A DNA stretch of 64,000 bases, taken from sequence record OR539220.1. One strand, written 5' to 3'. Shown piece by piece: positions 18,244 through 28,791 of this stretch (positions are counted from its first letter, which is position 1; each line of letters begins with the position of its first letter). Origin of the DNA: Escherichia phage vB-Eco-KMB40. The notes under the pieces were generated by a model. It did not search any database, was not told the origin of the DNA, and was given only the letters and a program-made list of their open reading frames with translations. Position numbers and translations under genes: made by a program.

Positions 18244-19670
18244 TAAAATTTTAATTCATTTGCCAAAGCATCTAACTGAGCTCGAGTGGATTCATTTCTT
18301 TGATAGCGATTCTGTTCAGCCTGAATCTGTTGTGAACCTGCTACTTCACTCACTTCGGTTGGAGTAGAATCTTGTTCAATTTCTACCCATTTTTGATTTC
18401 CTTTTTGAACACCCATCAAAAACTTATTCCACTTATTCTTATCACCATATCGTGATTTGATTTGCTTAATAAGTTGTTGTTCAGCAGCTGCCAACTCCTC
18501 GGTTTCAATGACCGCAAGCATAAAATCGGCTGTCGCTGGAAGACCAGCAGATTCTGCGATATCACTCATGTTAACATCAGAAGAATCCCAAGCTTGTTTA
18601 CCAACCTGTGCTGCAGTCCAAAGAACAGTTTCGGTTTCAACAGCCAGAGCACGCAATTCCTCTGCGATAGCTTTAACAGTTGTGTAACTATTTTCTGAAT
18701 AAACTCTAATGCGGCAAGATTTACAAATACCTAGATAGTCGACAATAATGATTGTTGGAACAAAATTCTTCTTGAGCTTTAATTCATTTAAAAGTGATCG
18801 AAATGTATTAGCGTCTGCTCCACCAGTAGGATATTGTTTAACGATTAAACGACCGAGAGTAGATTTCTCACGCCATTTTTCCATTTTTCCTTTATACTCA
18901 GCGTAAGAAATATGCCCATCATCAATGTCATCAAGAGAAACATCGAGCATATTAGCGTCAATACGTTTAGCACAGACTTCTTCTGCCATTTCCATGGAGA
19001 TATAAAGAACGTTATGACCAAGCTGCAAATAATCTGCTGCTAATGAACAAAGTCCTAATGATTTACCAACGTTAACGCCAGCCATTAAAACGTTCAGTGT
19101 TCCTGTTTCAGCTCCGCCTTTAGTAATTTTATTCAAAATACGAAGTTTAAATGGAACTTTACGAGCTTTATTCATATAAGATAGCCAACGTGCTTCGTAG
19201 TCATCCATCCAATCATGACCAACGTAGCTATCAAATGAAATTGATAATGCTTGGCGCATGATGTCAGGAATAGCACCAACATCCGGCATTTTCTTATTTC
19301 GTTTTTCCGGAGGAAGTTCAGCATTAGTTTGAATTTCGATTATTTTAGACGTAGCATTAAACATCGCCCTTTGCTGAACATATTTTTCTGTTTCTTTTAC
19401 TAACCAGCTGTGGTCTTCTGGAGAATCGGCTAGTTTTGAAATAAGTGTTTTTACACCAGAATATTCCGTTTCAGTAAATGAACTATTTTCTAATGCAACA
19501 TTTAACGCATTAATAGATGGAACGCTATGATACTCATTAACATGAGATTTAATTAATTTGAACGTATTTTTAGCTGGACCACTTTCAAAATATTCTGAAT
19601 CCATATATGGCCAAACTTTTGAAAAATAAGCTTGATCAAATATGAGATGAGAAAGAATAATTTCTACCAC
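18243..19670 (-). CDS. 41: replicative DNA helicase, DnaB-like (475 aa)
   Basis: 475 aa as T4 gp41; Walker A GVNVGKS. Confidence 0.9.
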   Translation of the reverse strand: MVEIILSHLIFDQAYFSKVWPYMDSEYFESGPAKNTFKLIKSHVNEYHSVPSINALNVALENSSFTETEYSGVKTLISKLADSPEDHSWLVKETEKYVQQRAMFNATSKIIEIQTNAELPPEKRNKKMPDVGAIPDIMRQALSISFDSYVGHDWMDDYEARWLSYMNKARKVPFKLRILNKITKGGAETGTLNVLMAGVNVGKSLGLCSLAADYLQLGHNVLYISMEMAEEVCAKRIDANMLDVSLDDIDDGHISYAEYKGKMEKWREKSTLGRLIVKQYPTGGADANTFRSLLNELKLKKNFVPTIIIVDYLGICKSCRIRVYSENSYTTVKAIAEELRALAVETETVLWTAAQVGKQAWDSSDVNMSDIAESAGLPATADFMLAVIETEELAAAEQQLIKQIKSRYGDKNKWNKFLMGVQKGNQKWVEIEQDSTPTEVSEVAGSQQIQAEQNRYQRNESTRAQLDALANELKF

Positions 19671-19679
19671 ACTTACTCC

Positions 19680-20024
19680 TTAAAAGAATTTAAACTTTTT
19701 CTTTGACCTTTTATTAAATGCATCTTGTAGTTGCATTGTAATACATTTTTCTACATGAGGAGCTAACTCAGCTTTTCTTTCTTGGTCAAGAACAGCAAAG
19801 TCCATTACAACCTTTCCATTAACCCAATCTAATTTTGTCACATACACAATGTGTGTAGAACCATCTTCTAGTTTAATGACAATCTCCTGGATAACATTTT
19901 CCATGGCAGATTTAATTATCTTAAGAGATTCATTAAAAAGACGTTCTTTTCTTTCTTCTTCCCCCTCCGAAGAGGGGGATTCATCGATAATTTCTAGATC
20001 TAAATCTAAATCATCTTTATTCAT
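19680..20024 (-). CDS. 40: gene 40-position protein (114 aa)
   Basis: position between 41 and uvsX; ATG at 20024, track start is GTG. Confidence 0.5.
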   Translation of the reverse strand: MNKDDLDLDLEIIDESPSSEGEEERKERLFNESLKIIKSAMENVIQEIVIKLEDGSTHIVYVTKLDWVNGKVVMDFAVLDQERKAELAPHVEKCITMQLQDAFNKRSKKKFKFF

Positions 20025-21198
20025 TAAATTCTTCCATATCACTTAACTGCTCGAGGTCAGTTTCTAAATCAGCAGCTGATTTACTTTTACTTTCTGGAGA
20101 TTTAAATTTTTCAACCTTTGAGTTAATCAATTCATCAACTTCAGCTTCAACAATTTCATTACTATCAATAGCACCTAACTGATAAGCACGCTTAATAGCA
20201 TCACGGAATGGTTGATGCTTAAATAAAGGACCCCAGAATGTAGTGCAGTTGGTATCTTTTGCACGCCAAGATTTTTCTTCGCGAATCATCTCGCCGGTTT
20301 CTTCATCAAGAAATTCACGAGCATACCAACCATTTTTAGGTTTTACCACGAATCCTAATTCTAGAGCCATATCTAACAATCCAGAATAAGGATCGATACC
20401 GCCGTCAAATTTAACATCAATAAAGAATTTACTTTTTTCTTTAACGGTACGAGATTTTTCTACATTTAGAACAAATTGATACCCTTGAAGATCAGAACCA
20501 TCTTTAATCTGACGTTTACCGATAATGAATACGGTATCAGCCGAATACATTACGCCTGTACCACCTGTCATCACGGTTTTACTAAACATTTCAATTGTTT
20601 CAATTGTATGGTTAACCGCAACACATGGAATATTTTTAATGCTAAAGTAAGGAGTAACAATACGGAATAATGACTTCAGTGATTTAGCACGAGTCATATC
20701 TGCCACAGATTTTTCATTCAAGGCATCTTCCGTTTCTTTCTTAGAAGCCATATTACCGATTGAGTCGATGAATACAATAACTTTTTCACCACGCTCAATA
20801 GCTTCAAGCTGATTCACCATATCAATTTTCAGCTGTTCAACTGACTGAATCGGCGTATGAATTACTCGTTCCGGGTCAACTCCCATGGATCGCAAATAAG
20901 CTGGAGTAATACCAAATTCACTATCATAGAATAGACAAACCGCGTCAGGATATTTGTTCAAATATGCCGCAACCATAGTCAAAGACATATTTGATTTAAA
21001 GTGTTTAGAAGGCCCTGCGAAAATAGTTAAACCAGACTGCATGCCGCCATCAATCGCACCAGAAATAGCAATATTAAGCATTGGGATTTTTGTACGGATT
21101 ACATCCTTTTCATTAAAGAATTTAGATGTAGTCAGTTCAGCAGTCATTTTAGAAGTGGAAGCTTTAATCAAACGGGATTTTAAATCTGCAATAGACAT
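20017..21198 (-). CDS. uvsX: UvsX recombinase, RecA-like (393 aa)
   Basis: N-terminus and Walker A GPSKHFKS match T4 UvsX. Confidence 0.9.
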   Translation of the reverse strand: MSIADLKSRLIKASTSKMTAELTTSKFFNEKDVIRTKIPMLNIAISGAIDGGMQSGLTIFAGPSKHFKSNMSLTMVAAYLNKYPDAVCLFYDSEFGITPAYLRSMGVDPERVIHTPIQSVEQLKIDMVNQLEAIERGEKVIVFIDSIGNMASKKETEDALNEKSVADMTRAKSLKSLFRIVTPYFSIKNIPCVAVNHTIETIEMFSKTVMTGGTGVMYSADTVFIIGKRQIKDGSDLQGYQFVLNVEKSRTVKEKSKFFIDVKFDGGIDPYSGLLDMALELGFVVKPKNGWYAREFLDEETGEMIREEKSWRAKDTNCTTFWGPLFKHQPFRDAIKRAYQLGAIDSNEIVEAEVDELINSKVEKFKSPESKSKSAADLETDLEQLSDMEEFNE

Positions 21199-21252
21199 TC
21201 ATTTTTTCCATAGGCATCATTATATTTTCCTCACTGGTTAAAGATAGAGTAA

Positions 21253-22119
21253 TTATAACACAATAAATTTAGGCATAACTGCTATCGGATGAATAGCATT
21301 AAACTTATGAAATGCTTCTGATTTTTCTTTGCGCGAAACACACATGCGAAGAACCTTTAATGGCTCGTCTTCTTCACCCAACGATTTTCGTTTTTCGATA
21401 TTAGAAGTTTTCCAACGAGCTTGCTCTGGAAACTCTCTATTGATTTGCTCAAGCGCTCTATTATGTTTAGAATTACTACGAATTGAACTGCACCCGCCAG
21501 GAGCTTGTGCTTTTCCAGATACAACCAGATATTTGAACAAGGCCAAATGCGGATAACCTTGATTAATTAAATTGAGAAATGCATACATATCTTCGCATAA
21601 ATCAATTTTTCCATACCCAATTTGTTCTGTCGTAAGTTTTCCGAGGTCATACCATGTATTCGTGAATCCATATGAATTTTCACGATAATTACCCCAAGAT
21701 GAAGTAATTTTAAAAATAGGTAGACGAGCATGGCCATGATAATACCCGCAATCCATGGCATCTTCGACGTATTGAATCAATTCATAGAACTGTTCACGGG
21801 TTAATTGATTGACTTTATCTACACAACGACGGTCATCTCTTTTTCGCATTGAACTCATACGAATAGTAGTATCATCGTCAATCATCCAGATTCGTTGACC
21901 TGCATACATATCAGTAATTGCTTTACGAGTACCGGCAATTCCGTTTACATCATCAGGAATAGTTATAATTTTAGCTCTAGACCCATAGGCATCATAATAA
22001 GCTTTTTCTTCATGTTCACGCACTACAATATGGGGTTCATAATCAGTCGGAAACATATCAAGGGCAGAAACTGCCCCGACACGCTGATAACTTGGAATTA
22101 CGAATTGAATCATTTCCAC
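21253..22119 (-). CDS. GT-A-type glycosyltransferase at beta-gt locus (288 aa); possibly beta-alpha-glucosyltransferase
   Basis: between uvsX and 42 where T4 has beta-gt, but sequence unlike T4 beta-gt as recalled; DxD-like IDDDTT motif. Confidence 0.5.
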   Translation of the reverse strand: MEMIQFVIPSYQRVGAVSALDMFPTDYEPHIVVREHEEKAYYDAYGSRAKIITIPDDVNGIAGTRKAITDMYAGQRIWMIDDDTTIRMSSMRKRDDRRCVDKVNQLTREQFYELIQYVEDAMDCGYYHGHARLPIFKITSSWGNYRENSYGFTNTWYDLGKLTTEQIGYGKIDLCEDMYAFLNLINQGYPHLALFKYLVVSGKAQAPGGCSSIRSNSKHNRALEQINREFPEQARWKTSNIEKRKSLGEEDEPLKVLRMCVSRKEKSEAFHKFNAIHPIAVMPKFIVL

Positions 22120-22850
22120 TCACCTTTATAGTCTTTTTTCACAATATGAGTTTCGCCAGTATTCCACCAATGATCAACCAAGTAAAAATGACGAGAATAT
22201 ACATGAAGACTTCCAACATTCCATATAATAGAACCTGCTTTATACTGACGAGTTGAATCGCCTGCATTCAAATCAGATACTAATTTATCTAATACGTATT
22301 TTTGCCATGCATAATCATTACGGAATCCGAAGACCACGTCATTTGAGCGCATGCTTACTACTGCATTGACTTTCTTATCACGAATCAGGTACTGTACTGT
22401 ATTAGTACACATGAAATCTGACATACCATCTTTATTGTAGTCAAATTGCATGGATGGACGAGTATAAATCATGATACCACGTCGAGAATCAGGATTTTGA
22501 CCAAGTTCAGCTAAACACATATCATACTGGGCATAGTTATCTTCTGACCAGATAGCCCAGCCATAATTCGAGTTAATTTCACCTTTAGAAGATGCTACTT
22601 GTTGCCAAATCTTCGGTGTTTCACCCGGAATATCTTTAACGAACAAGCTCTTAGATTTATACCATTCAAGTTCACGCTGAATGTATTCATCATTAAGAGC
22701 GCCAAAAATAAACGGTTCATCTGCTATAAATGATGCGCCAATAATTTCAATAGTTTTAACGCCAGTTTTATCAACTACGAAATCTTTTTCTTTTAATGCA
22801 AGCCCCAAATGAAGACGGATTTCTTCAACTGTCATAGAGTCACTAATCAT
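22110..22850 (-). CDS. 42: dCMP hydroxymethylase (246 aa)
   Basis: 246 aa, thymidylate-synthase-like; matches T4 gp42. Confidence 0.9.
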   Translation of the reverse strand: MISDSMTVEEIRLHLGLALKEKDFVVDKTGVKTIEIIGASFIADEPFIFGALNDEYIQRELEWYKSKSLFVKDIPGETPKIWQQVASSKGEINSNYGWAIWSEDNYAQYDMCLAELGQNPDSRRGIMIYTRPSMQFDYNKDGMSDFMCTNTVQYLIRDKKVNAVVSMRSNDVVFGFRNDYAWQKYVLDKLVSDLNAGDSTRQYKAGSIIWNVGSLHVYSRHFYLVDHWWNTGETHIVKKDYKGEWK

Positions 22851-22857
22851 TTAAACC

Positions 22858-23007
22858 TCAATTGATACATTCATATTTAACTTGTAACAGTAATAAACCC
22901 CAGCCTAAAATAATAGTTGGAATCATAAGAGGAACCGTTACACTATAGTATATACTTATTATAATCATCAAGATTAAAAGCAACACTGCTATAATTTTGC
23001 TTTTCAT
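22858..23007 (-). CDS. small membrane peptide (49 aa), not in ORF track
   Basis: MKSKIIAVLLLILMIIISIYYSVTVPLMIPTIILGWGLLLLQVKYECIN; ATG overlaps imm stop. Confidence 0.4.
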   Translation of the reverse strand: MKSKIIAVLLLILMIIISIYYSVTVPLMIPTIILGWGLLLLQVKYECIN

Positions 23008-23255
23008 TCCTTCTCTCTGATGATAATTACCTGATTTGGTTGTGCAGACTTTTTAGTTTCACCCGCAATTGACCAAATAAATGTAATAAACCAACCAATA
23101 ATTGACCAGTTAAACAGTAAAGATGTGAAAAAGATTCCTACTGTCGATTTTGACCCACGCATCAAGGCGATAAACCATGGAAGCATGTATATAATAATAG
23201 CCAACACACCTGAAACTAAAACCATAAAAATTGAACCTGCTACTAAAGTTTCCAT
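23004..23255 (-). CDS. imm: Imm superinfection immunity membrane protein (83 aa)
   Basis: 83 aa, two TM segments, position after gene 42. Confidence 0.8.
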   Translation of the reverse strand: METLVAGSIFMVLVSGVLAIIIYMLPWFIALMRGSKSTVGIFFTSLLFNWSIIGWFITFIWSIAGETKKSAQPNQVIIIREKE

Positions 23256-23262
23256 GTTTTCC

Positions 23263-23643
23263 TCACTTAGTCAAATTTTTTACACATGAATTATAAGAAT
23301 TCACTACATACTCCATCGGAGCATTTTTACCGGTACGCCATTGGTAATTATTAGCCCAATTAGCCCAAATTTCGGCGCAGTAGTTTTCAATTTTTTCTTC
23401 GCGTGTAATTACATCAGAATTACGATATGCTTGAGCAGATTCATCTGGACGAATAGCTTCGTCAAAATTCGCCTGCATTTGTTCTACTGTCTGTTTTGGA
23501 GCTTCTTTATAACACTTGACATTAGGATTATAAAATTTGCTTGAACAATTTACAATTTTTCCTACATCAGACTGATTTACTACCGGTCCTTGAGCTACAC
23601 AACCAGTAAGACCTAATGCAATAACCAAAATAGCGATTTTCAT
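23263..23643 (-). CDS. predicted lipoprotein (126 aa)
   Basis: signal peptide with lipobox LTGC. Confidence 0.5.
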   Translation of the reverse strand: MKIAILVIALGLTGCVAQGPVVNQSDVGKIVNCSSKFYNPNVKCYKEAPKQTVEQMQANFDEAIRPDESAQAYRNSDVITREEKIENYCAEIWANWANNYQWRTGKNAPMEYVVNSYNSCVKNLTK

Positions 23644-23653
23644 AATAATTTCC

Positions 23654-23902
23654 TCAAATGCAAGTAGTAATTACTCCAGTAGTGCTTATGCAGGTATTAC
23701 CCATTTGCACACCTAAAGATCCATTTGTATTCACATGAAGATTATCATCAATTTTAACTGATATTTTACCATTAGTGTGAATAACGGTGCTAGATTCAAT
23801 CACAGGTTGAGTATCATTTTCAACACTAACAAATGGAACTGCTGCTAATGCAACTAAACAAACTGCTAAGCATCCCATAATAATTTTCATTTTATTCTCC
23901 AA
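23654..23902 (-). CDS. secreted/membrane small protein (82 aa)
   Basis: N-terminal hydrophobic signal; SD GGAG. Confidence 0.5.
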   Translation of the reverse strand: MENKMKIIMGCLAVCLVALAAVPFVSVENDTQPVIESSTVIHTNGKISVKIDDNLHVNTNGSLGVQMGNTCISTTGVITTCI

Positions 23903-23924
23903 ATCCGTATTAGTTGATAGTTGT

Positions 23925-23954
23925 ATAGTACCATGGAAGAACAGTCTTGTAAAC
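23925..23954 (-). promoter_or_regulatory. early sigma70-type promoter
   Basis: GTTTAC at 23949-23954, TACTAT at 23925-23930; conserved TGGTACTATACAACTATCAAC block shared with promoters at 49613 and 51052. Confidence 0.55.
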
Positions 23955-24040
23955 AGTTTTGTGAAAATTTTTTAGGGAATTCTAAAGGTCCAGAATCATC
24001 TGTTTTTCATAAGTATAGATTTATATTACTTGTATGAAAA

Positions 24041-24058
24041 AGGGACCCGGAGGTCCCT
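24041..24058 (-). terminator. intrinsic terminator hairpin after gene 43
   Basis: AGGGACC-cgga-GGTCCCT, followed by U5 on transcript. Confidence 0.6.
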
Positions 24059-24070
24059 AGATTTATTCTA

Positions 24071-26767
24071 TCAGCCAAACAGGAAGTCTAACGAAGCTTT
24101 TTCTTCATAGTCCATGCCAGCCGATTCACACATACCCGCAAGCGGTTTAACAAACGATTTTTGGAACAAAGTTGAGTAGTCAATCCAAGACAGTACGTCA
24201 GAACGAATTTCTTTTGGAAGTTCTGTACCCGACGGCCAAGCAATGCATTTGTCACCAAATGGATTTCCTTCACGCAATGGAAGAACCATTACTTTATTTC
24301 CATCCAAAATTGGAGCTACACCTAAACCGCTAACAGCTCGACGATAAGTTAGCACACCACGAATATGGAACGGACATTTAAATCCTGGCCAACCTTTATC
24401 ATCATATTTCGCTATATCGTTCGCAGTTTTTACTTCAGCAATAACTTTATAGTCAAGTTGACGATATTCTTTCTCGAAGTTCTTGTAATATTCTTGGACA
24501 GACTCTTCACCTTCCTGAAGAATACGACGAATACTTTCTTCGAGAGCTTCTTGGACCGCTTTAGGCGTTGAACTCTGCTGAGTTTCCATACCCATGATTT
24601 TTAGATGTGGTTCAGCAAAACGCTTATCTTCCATATCATAAACGTTCAGAGCATAACGCTTTTTCGCTTTCCAAAATCCACCAACGCCCTTTGAACCAAG
24701 TGGAGGGCAAGAAATAGCTTCACGGTCCATATGCATCAGATGCTCGCGGTTATTCATATAATCACATAACTCACGATATGCAACATCAATCATAGGTTCC
24801 ATCTTTTTCTTACCGAACTGATTCATGAATTCAACTAAATCGTTCTGCTCTTTGAATCGGTCAAGACCAACTTTTTCAATAACTTTATCTACACAAACAT
24901 ATACCGAATCAGTATCACCTGCTGCAATGAAATCTTCGCCATTAGTTCCGCATACTTTATTCAGATATTCATTAATTTTACGAGCAATCCACTGAATACC
25001 AACTTGGCCGAAAATTGTGATAGCAGTAGCATTTCGCAAATCATAGTAACGGAAATGAATATTACCAAGAGCACCATAAAGACTGTTAATAAGAATTTTA
25101 CGGTTCAGCTGATTTGTGTTAGCAAGTGTAGCTGCTTTTTCACATTCTTCGATCAGACTATTAAGAACAGATTCAGTGTAATTCGATAATTCATTTAAGA
25201 AATCATCACTGAACTTAACATATCGTTCAACTTCAGGTTTAGTTGAACAAGACCCTGCGCCTTTCATAATAATCTTTTTAATAGCTTCGGCATTCATTTC
25301 TTCAGCGAACATTTTCTTTTTCCAATCTTTACGCTGGAAAAATACTTTAGCGATTTCCTTTGGAATGATACCTTCTTGATGCTTATCATACATCCATCCA
25401 TTCGGAGAACAAGAATATTCATCACTTGGTTTAGGAGCTGTTCCTGCGATATATTCATGAATTGGATGAACTTTAAACTGACCACGAATAGTTTCAGGAC
25501 TAATGTTAACCTGACGAATAATGCTCGGATACAGAGACGTCAAGTCAAAACTCATAATGTATCGACGAGCAATTGGTTTAGGTTCAAACACAAATGCACC
25601 CGGAAAACTTTGTTTAACATGCGAACCTTGTTGAGGAATAACCTTATGTTCACCTTTCAATGAGTTAAAAATAATGGCATCCCAGGTTTTAATAGGACTC
25701 ATTACACCGGAAAAAGGCATTTTAGCATAATAAGACATACTTAAAACTAGATCGATAAACCCGCGAATTTTATCAATTGCTTGAACTGATTCTACGTCAA
25801 TGATGTTATAACTAATGTATCGTTGATGATTAGTCTCACGAAGTTTATTAATAGGACCATCATACGGTAATTTACCTTTTTTGGTTTCATGTTGAGCAAC
25901 TGATTCCAAAGAGAATGACGGCAAATTAGTAAAAGCGAATTTCTTGTACAAATCTAAATAATCAAGAATAGATACGCCATCAATAGAATAAATTTCTTTG
26001 CTACCGTACATATTTTGAATTAGTTTAGATTTTACTCGACCGATTGGAGAGAAGCGTTTCATACTACGTTCACCGAGAACCATTTTAACACGATTCATGA
26101 TATACGGAACGTCAAATCCCTCAATATTCCAACCGGTAAAAATAGCAGGTCGTTTCTGTTCCCAGAGATTAATATATTCCATGAGCATATCACGCTCATT
26201 ATCAAATGGCATATAAATTACTCGGTCAAGAATTTCTTGAGGAACTTCATCACCACCTTCACAGTCAAGCTTAGCAGCTAACTTTGCATCCCATTTTGAT
26301 ACTGAACCGTACATTGAATTCAAAAGGTCGAAAACATAAAAACGATCATCAATTGAATCGTAATGAGTGATAGCATCAATTTCATATTCAGCTTTCATTG
26401 GGTCAGGAAATTTATCACCAGTAACCTCAATGTCACAGTTAGCTACACGAACAAATTTTCGGTCATAAACAATTTCTGAACCATACGTATCACTGATATA
26501 AGCGAGTTTAAAATCGTTCATACCGAGAGCTTCGAGACCGATGTCTTCCATTCGCTTCATCCAATCTCGAGCATCTTTCATTGATGGAAATTTTTGAGGA
26601 GCGCAATTTTTACCATAGATGTCTTTGTACTTTGACTCTTCCTTACAATGTCTAAACATAGTTGGAAGATATTCTACTTCGCGAGTACGTTCCTTTCCAT
26701 TTTCATCAATATAACGTTCAACAATGTTATTTCCGACTGTTTCGATAGAGATATAAAATTCTTTCAT
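24071..26767 (-). CDS. 43: DNA polymerase, family B (898 aa)
   Basis: 898 aa, exonuclease and polymerase motifs, matches T4 gp43. Confidence 0.95.
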   Translation of the reverse strand: MKEFYISIETVGNNIVERYIDENGKERTREVEYLPTMFRHCKEESKYKDIYGKNCAPQKFPSMKDARDWMKRMEDIGLEALGMNDFKLAYISDTYGSEIVYDRKFVRVANCDIEVTGDKFPDPMKAEYEIDAITHYDSIDDRFYVFDLLNSMYGSVSKWDAKLAAKLDCEGGDEVPQEILDRVIYMPFDNERDMLMEYINLWEQKRPAIFTGWNIEGFDVPYIMNRVKMVLGERSMKRFSPIGRVKSKLIQNMYGSKEIYSIDGVSILDYLDLYKKFAFTNLPSFSLESVAQHETKKGKLPYDGPINKLRETNHQRYISYNIIDVESVQAIDKIRGFIDLVLSMSYYAKMPFSGVMSPIKTWDAIIFNSLKGEHKVIPQQGSHVKQSFPGAFVFEPKPIARRYIMSFDLTSLYPSIIRQVNISPETIRGQFKVHPIHEYIAGTAPKPSDEYSCSPNGWMYDKHQEGIIPKEIAKVFFQRKDWKKKMFAEEMNAEAIKKIIMKGAGSCSTKPEVERYVKFSDDFLNELSNYTESVLNSLIEECEKAATLANTNQLNRKILINSLYGALGNIHFRYYDLRNATAITIFGQVGIQWIARKINEYLNKVCGTNGEDFIAAGDTDSVYVCVDKVIEKVGLDRFKEQNDLVEFMNQFGKKKMEPMIDVAYRELCDYMNNREHLMHMDREAISCPPLGSKGVGGFWKAKKRYALNVYDMEDKRFAEPHLKIMGMETQQSSTPKAVQEALEESIRRILQEGEESVQEYYKNFEKEYRQLDYKVIAEVKTANDIAKYDDKGWPGFKCPFHIRGVLTYRRAVSGLGVAPILDGNKVMVLPLREGNPFGDKCIAWPSGTELPKEIRSDVLSWIDYSTLFQKSFVKPLAGMCESAGMDYEEKASLDFLFG

Positions 26768-26825
26768 AGATATTCCTTAGTTTATAGCCCGAGTTATTAG
26801 GCTCTTGATATATTATACTCCAAAT

Positions 26826-26843
26826 AAGGGGCCGAAGCCCCTT
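26826..26843 (-). terminator. intrinsic terminator hairpin after regA
   Basis: AAGGGGC-cgaa-GCCCCTT perfect 7-bp stem. Confidence 0.55.
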
Positions 26844-26845
26844 GC

Positions 26846-27214
26846 TTAATTACCAATCGTATATTTAGGAACGAGTTTCCATTCATGTTTTTGTTTAAAA
26901 GAAATAACTCGGAAGTTATTAGTTAAATCTTTCATAAAAGTTCTTTGTCCAGGAACGATTTCAATCAGTCCCCAATCTTCTAACAGCCATGCAATCGAAT
27001 CACGACGAACTTCATCTTCTTCTGTCATTTCAACTTGACGGCCATCCATACGAAGCATTTCTTTAAAATGAACGATATAGTATAGTCCTTTTTTCTGAAG
27101 AATATGACAGGACTGATACAGAACTTTATCTTTATTATTAGCAATTCCCATACGAGTCAAAGTTTCTTTTACTTTCAGAAAATCTTCAGGTTTTTTAAGA
27201 GTAATTTCAATCAT
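26846..27214 (-). CDS. regA: RegA translational repressor (122 aa)
   Basis: 122 aa, position between 62 and 43. Confidence 0.85.
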   Translation of the reverse strand: MIEITLKKPEDFLKVKETLTRMGIANNKDKVLYQSCHILQKKGLYYIVHFKEMLRMDGRQVEMTEEDEVRRDSIAWLLEDWGLIEIVPGQRTFMKDLTNNFRVISFKQKHEWKLVPKYTIGN

Positions 27215-27215
27215 T

Positions 27216-27779
27216 TTACCATTCCAATGCTAGTTTTTTGAGTTGTTTCTGTTCTTTTACGTTCTTAGTCACTTCTTTCAAAAAATCATCCGTGACTAAT
27301 CCTTTAAGTTCTTTTAATACTAAAGGTAGTTTTCCATTTTTAGTAAGAATTGATTTATAGTTAATTGCATCATTTGTATTAACTTGATACTGTTTAGCAA
27401 GTAACTTAATAATCAATACTTCGGTAGAATCTTCAACCAGTTTTGCCCATTTACCATATCTTTTACCACGAGGAACTGCAGCCATTAGATAATTAAAATG
27501 GGCTTCATCACTTAAGCCTGATCCAATTAAATTCATAGCATATACAGCTGGCATGCACTCTGGAAATTGTGATAATGCATTTTCAACCATGAATTTTGAA
27601 TAATCTTTTTGAGCAATAGAGCATTTAGTTTTATTATTAATAGCTCCAATTATTTCAAAAAACTCATTTTCAGCTTTTTCTTTAAAAGAATCAGCAGCGG
27701 ATTGGACAGCTGTCCAATCTTTTGAATACCAAGCAACTTGATGCTCGTTTAATTGAATATCATCTTCAAATAAGCTCAT
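27216..27779 (-). CDS. 62: clamp loader small subunit (187 aa)
   Basis: [22 protein letters not shown] as T4 gp62; ATG at 27779 overlaps gene 44 stop. Confidence 0.85.
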   Translation of the reverse strand: MSLFEDDIQLNEHQVAWYSKDWTAVQSAADSFKEKAENEFFEIIGAINNKTKCSIAQKDYSKFMVENALSQFPECMPAVYAMNLIGSGLSDEAHFNYLMAAVPRGKRYGKWAKLVEDSTEVLIIKLLAKQYQVNTNDAINYKSILTKNGKLPLVLKELKGLVTDDFLKEVTKNVKEQKQLKKLALEW

Positions 27780-27780
27780 A

Positions 27781-28740
27781 TCACTTCCACTGCATTTCAC
27801 ATGCTAATTGAATGAAAAGATAAGCTAAATGCAATTCAGTATTAGCTGCAATACCATGATACTGATTATTTTCGCCGACAATTTCGTACATACGAATAAT
27901 ACTTTGCGGAGTTACGCGTGTATAGATTTCTTCGGCAAGTTTACCTACGAACCACGAATAATCAGCTGCATATTTTGGTGCTAAAGCTCTGAGCTGTTTA
28001 ACATCTTTATTTTTGAGAGACTCAAGAACATCATCAATAGCACCACGATCGTTAGTAACCAGTGATAAAATACCAGCATCCAAAACACCTTTAGATGAAT
28101 AACTATCGAGCTCGCCAATAGTTTTACGAAAATCAGGAAAATTCTTTTTAACCAAAGCTGCTACAACTTTCATATCAGCTATAGCAATTCCTTCACGCTT
28201 GCAGATTTCAGTCAATCGACGAATCATCTGCTTCATCATTTCAATTTTATCTTCATCGGTCGGTTGACCGAACGTAATAACTCGGCAGCGTGACTGAAGT
28301 GGTTTAATAATACCATCAATATTATTAGCAGTAATAATAATACTACAGTTTGAACTATAAGCTTCCATAAAGGAACGAAGATGTCGCTGAGACTCTGCTA
28401 ATCCTGAGCGGTCAAATTCATCAATAACGATTACTTTTTGACGACCATCAAATGAAGCGGCGCTGGCAAAATTAGTCAAAGGACCGCGAACGAAATCAAT
28501 TTTACAATCTGATCCATTCACAAACATCATATCAGCATTTACATCATGACACAATGCTTTTGCTACAGTTGTTTTACCTGTTCCTGGAGAAGGAGAATGA
28601 AGAATAATATGTGGAATCTTACCTTTACTTGTAATAGATTTAAAGGTTTCTTTATCAAAGGCGGGAAGAATACATTCATCGATAGTAGATGGACGATATT
28701 TCTGTTCAAGAATGTGTTCTTTTTCATTTACGGTAATCAT
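27781..28740 (-). CDS. 44: clamp loader large subunit, AAA+ (319 aa)
   Basis: [17 protein letters not shown], Walker A GTGKTT; ATG at 28740 with SD GAGGAAA. Confidence 0.9.
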   Translation of the reverse strand: MITVNEKEHILEQKYRPSTIDECILPAFDKETFKSITSKGKIPHIILHSPSPGTGKTTVAKALCHDVNADMMFVNGSDCKIDFVRGPLTNFASAASFDGRQKVIVIDEFDRSGLAESQRHLRSFMEAYSSNCSIIITANNIDGIIKPLQSRCRVITFGQPTDEDKIEMMKQMIRRLTEICKREGIAIADMKVVAALVKKNFPDFRKTIGELDSYSSKGVLDAGILSLVTNDRGAIDDVLESLKNKDVKQLRALAPKYAADYSWFVGKLAEEIYTRVTPQSIIRMYEIVGENNQYHGIAANTELHLAYLFIQLACEMQWK

Positions 28741-28774
28741 AATTTCCTCATTCAAGTTTTAGTGTAAATTATAA

Positions 28775-28788
28775 AGGGCCGAAGCCCT
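28775..28788 (-). terminator. short terminator-like hairpin after gene 45
   Basis: AGGGC-cgaa-GCCCT 5-bp stem. Confidence 0.4.
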
Positions 28789-28791
28789 CTA

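Noticed and set aside
24088-25663. Internal and antisense ORFs within the DNA polymerase gene (24088..24273, 24365..24571, 25004..25189, 25294..25485, 25376..25663)
   Set aside because: Embedded in gene 43 coding sequence; no independent signals.
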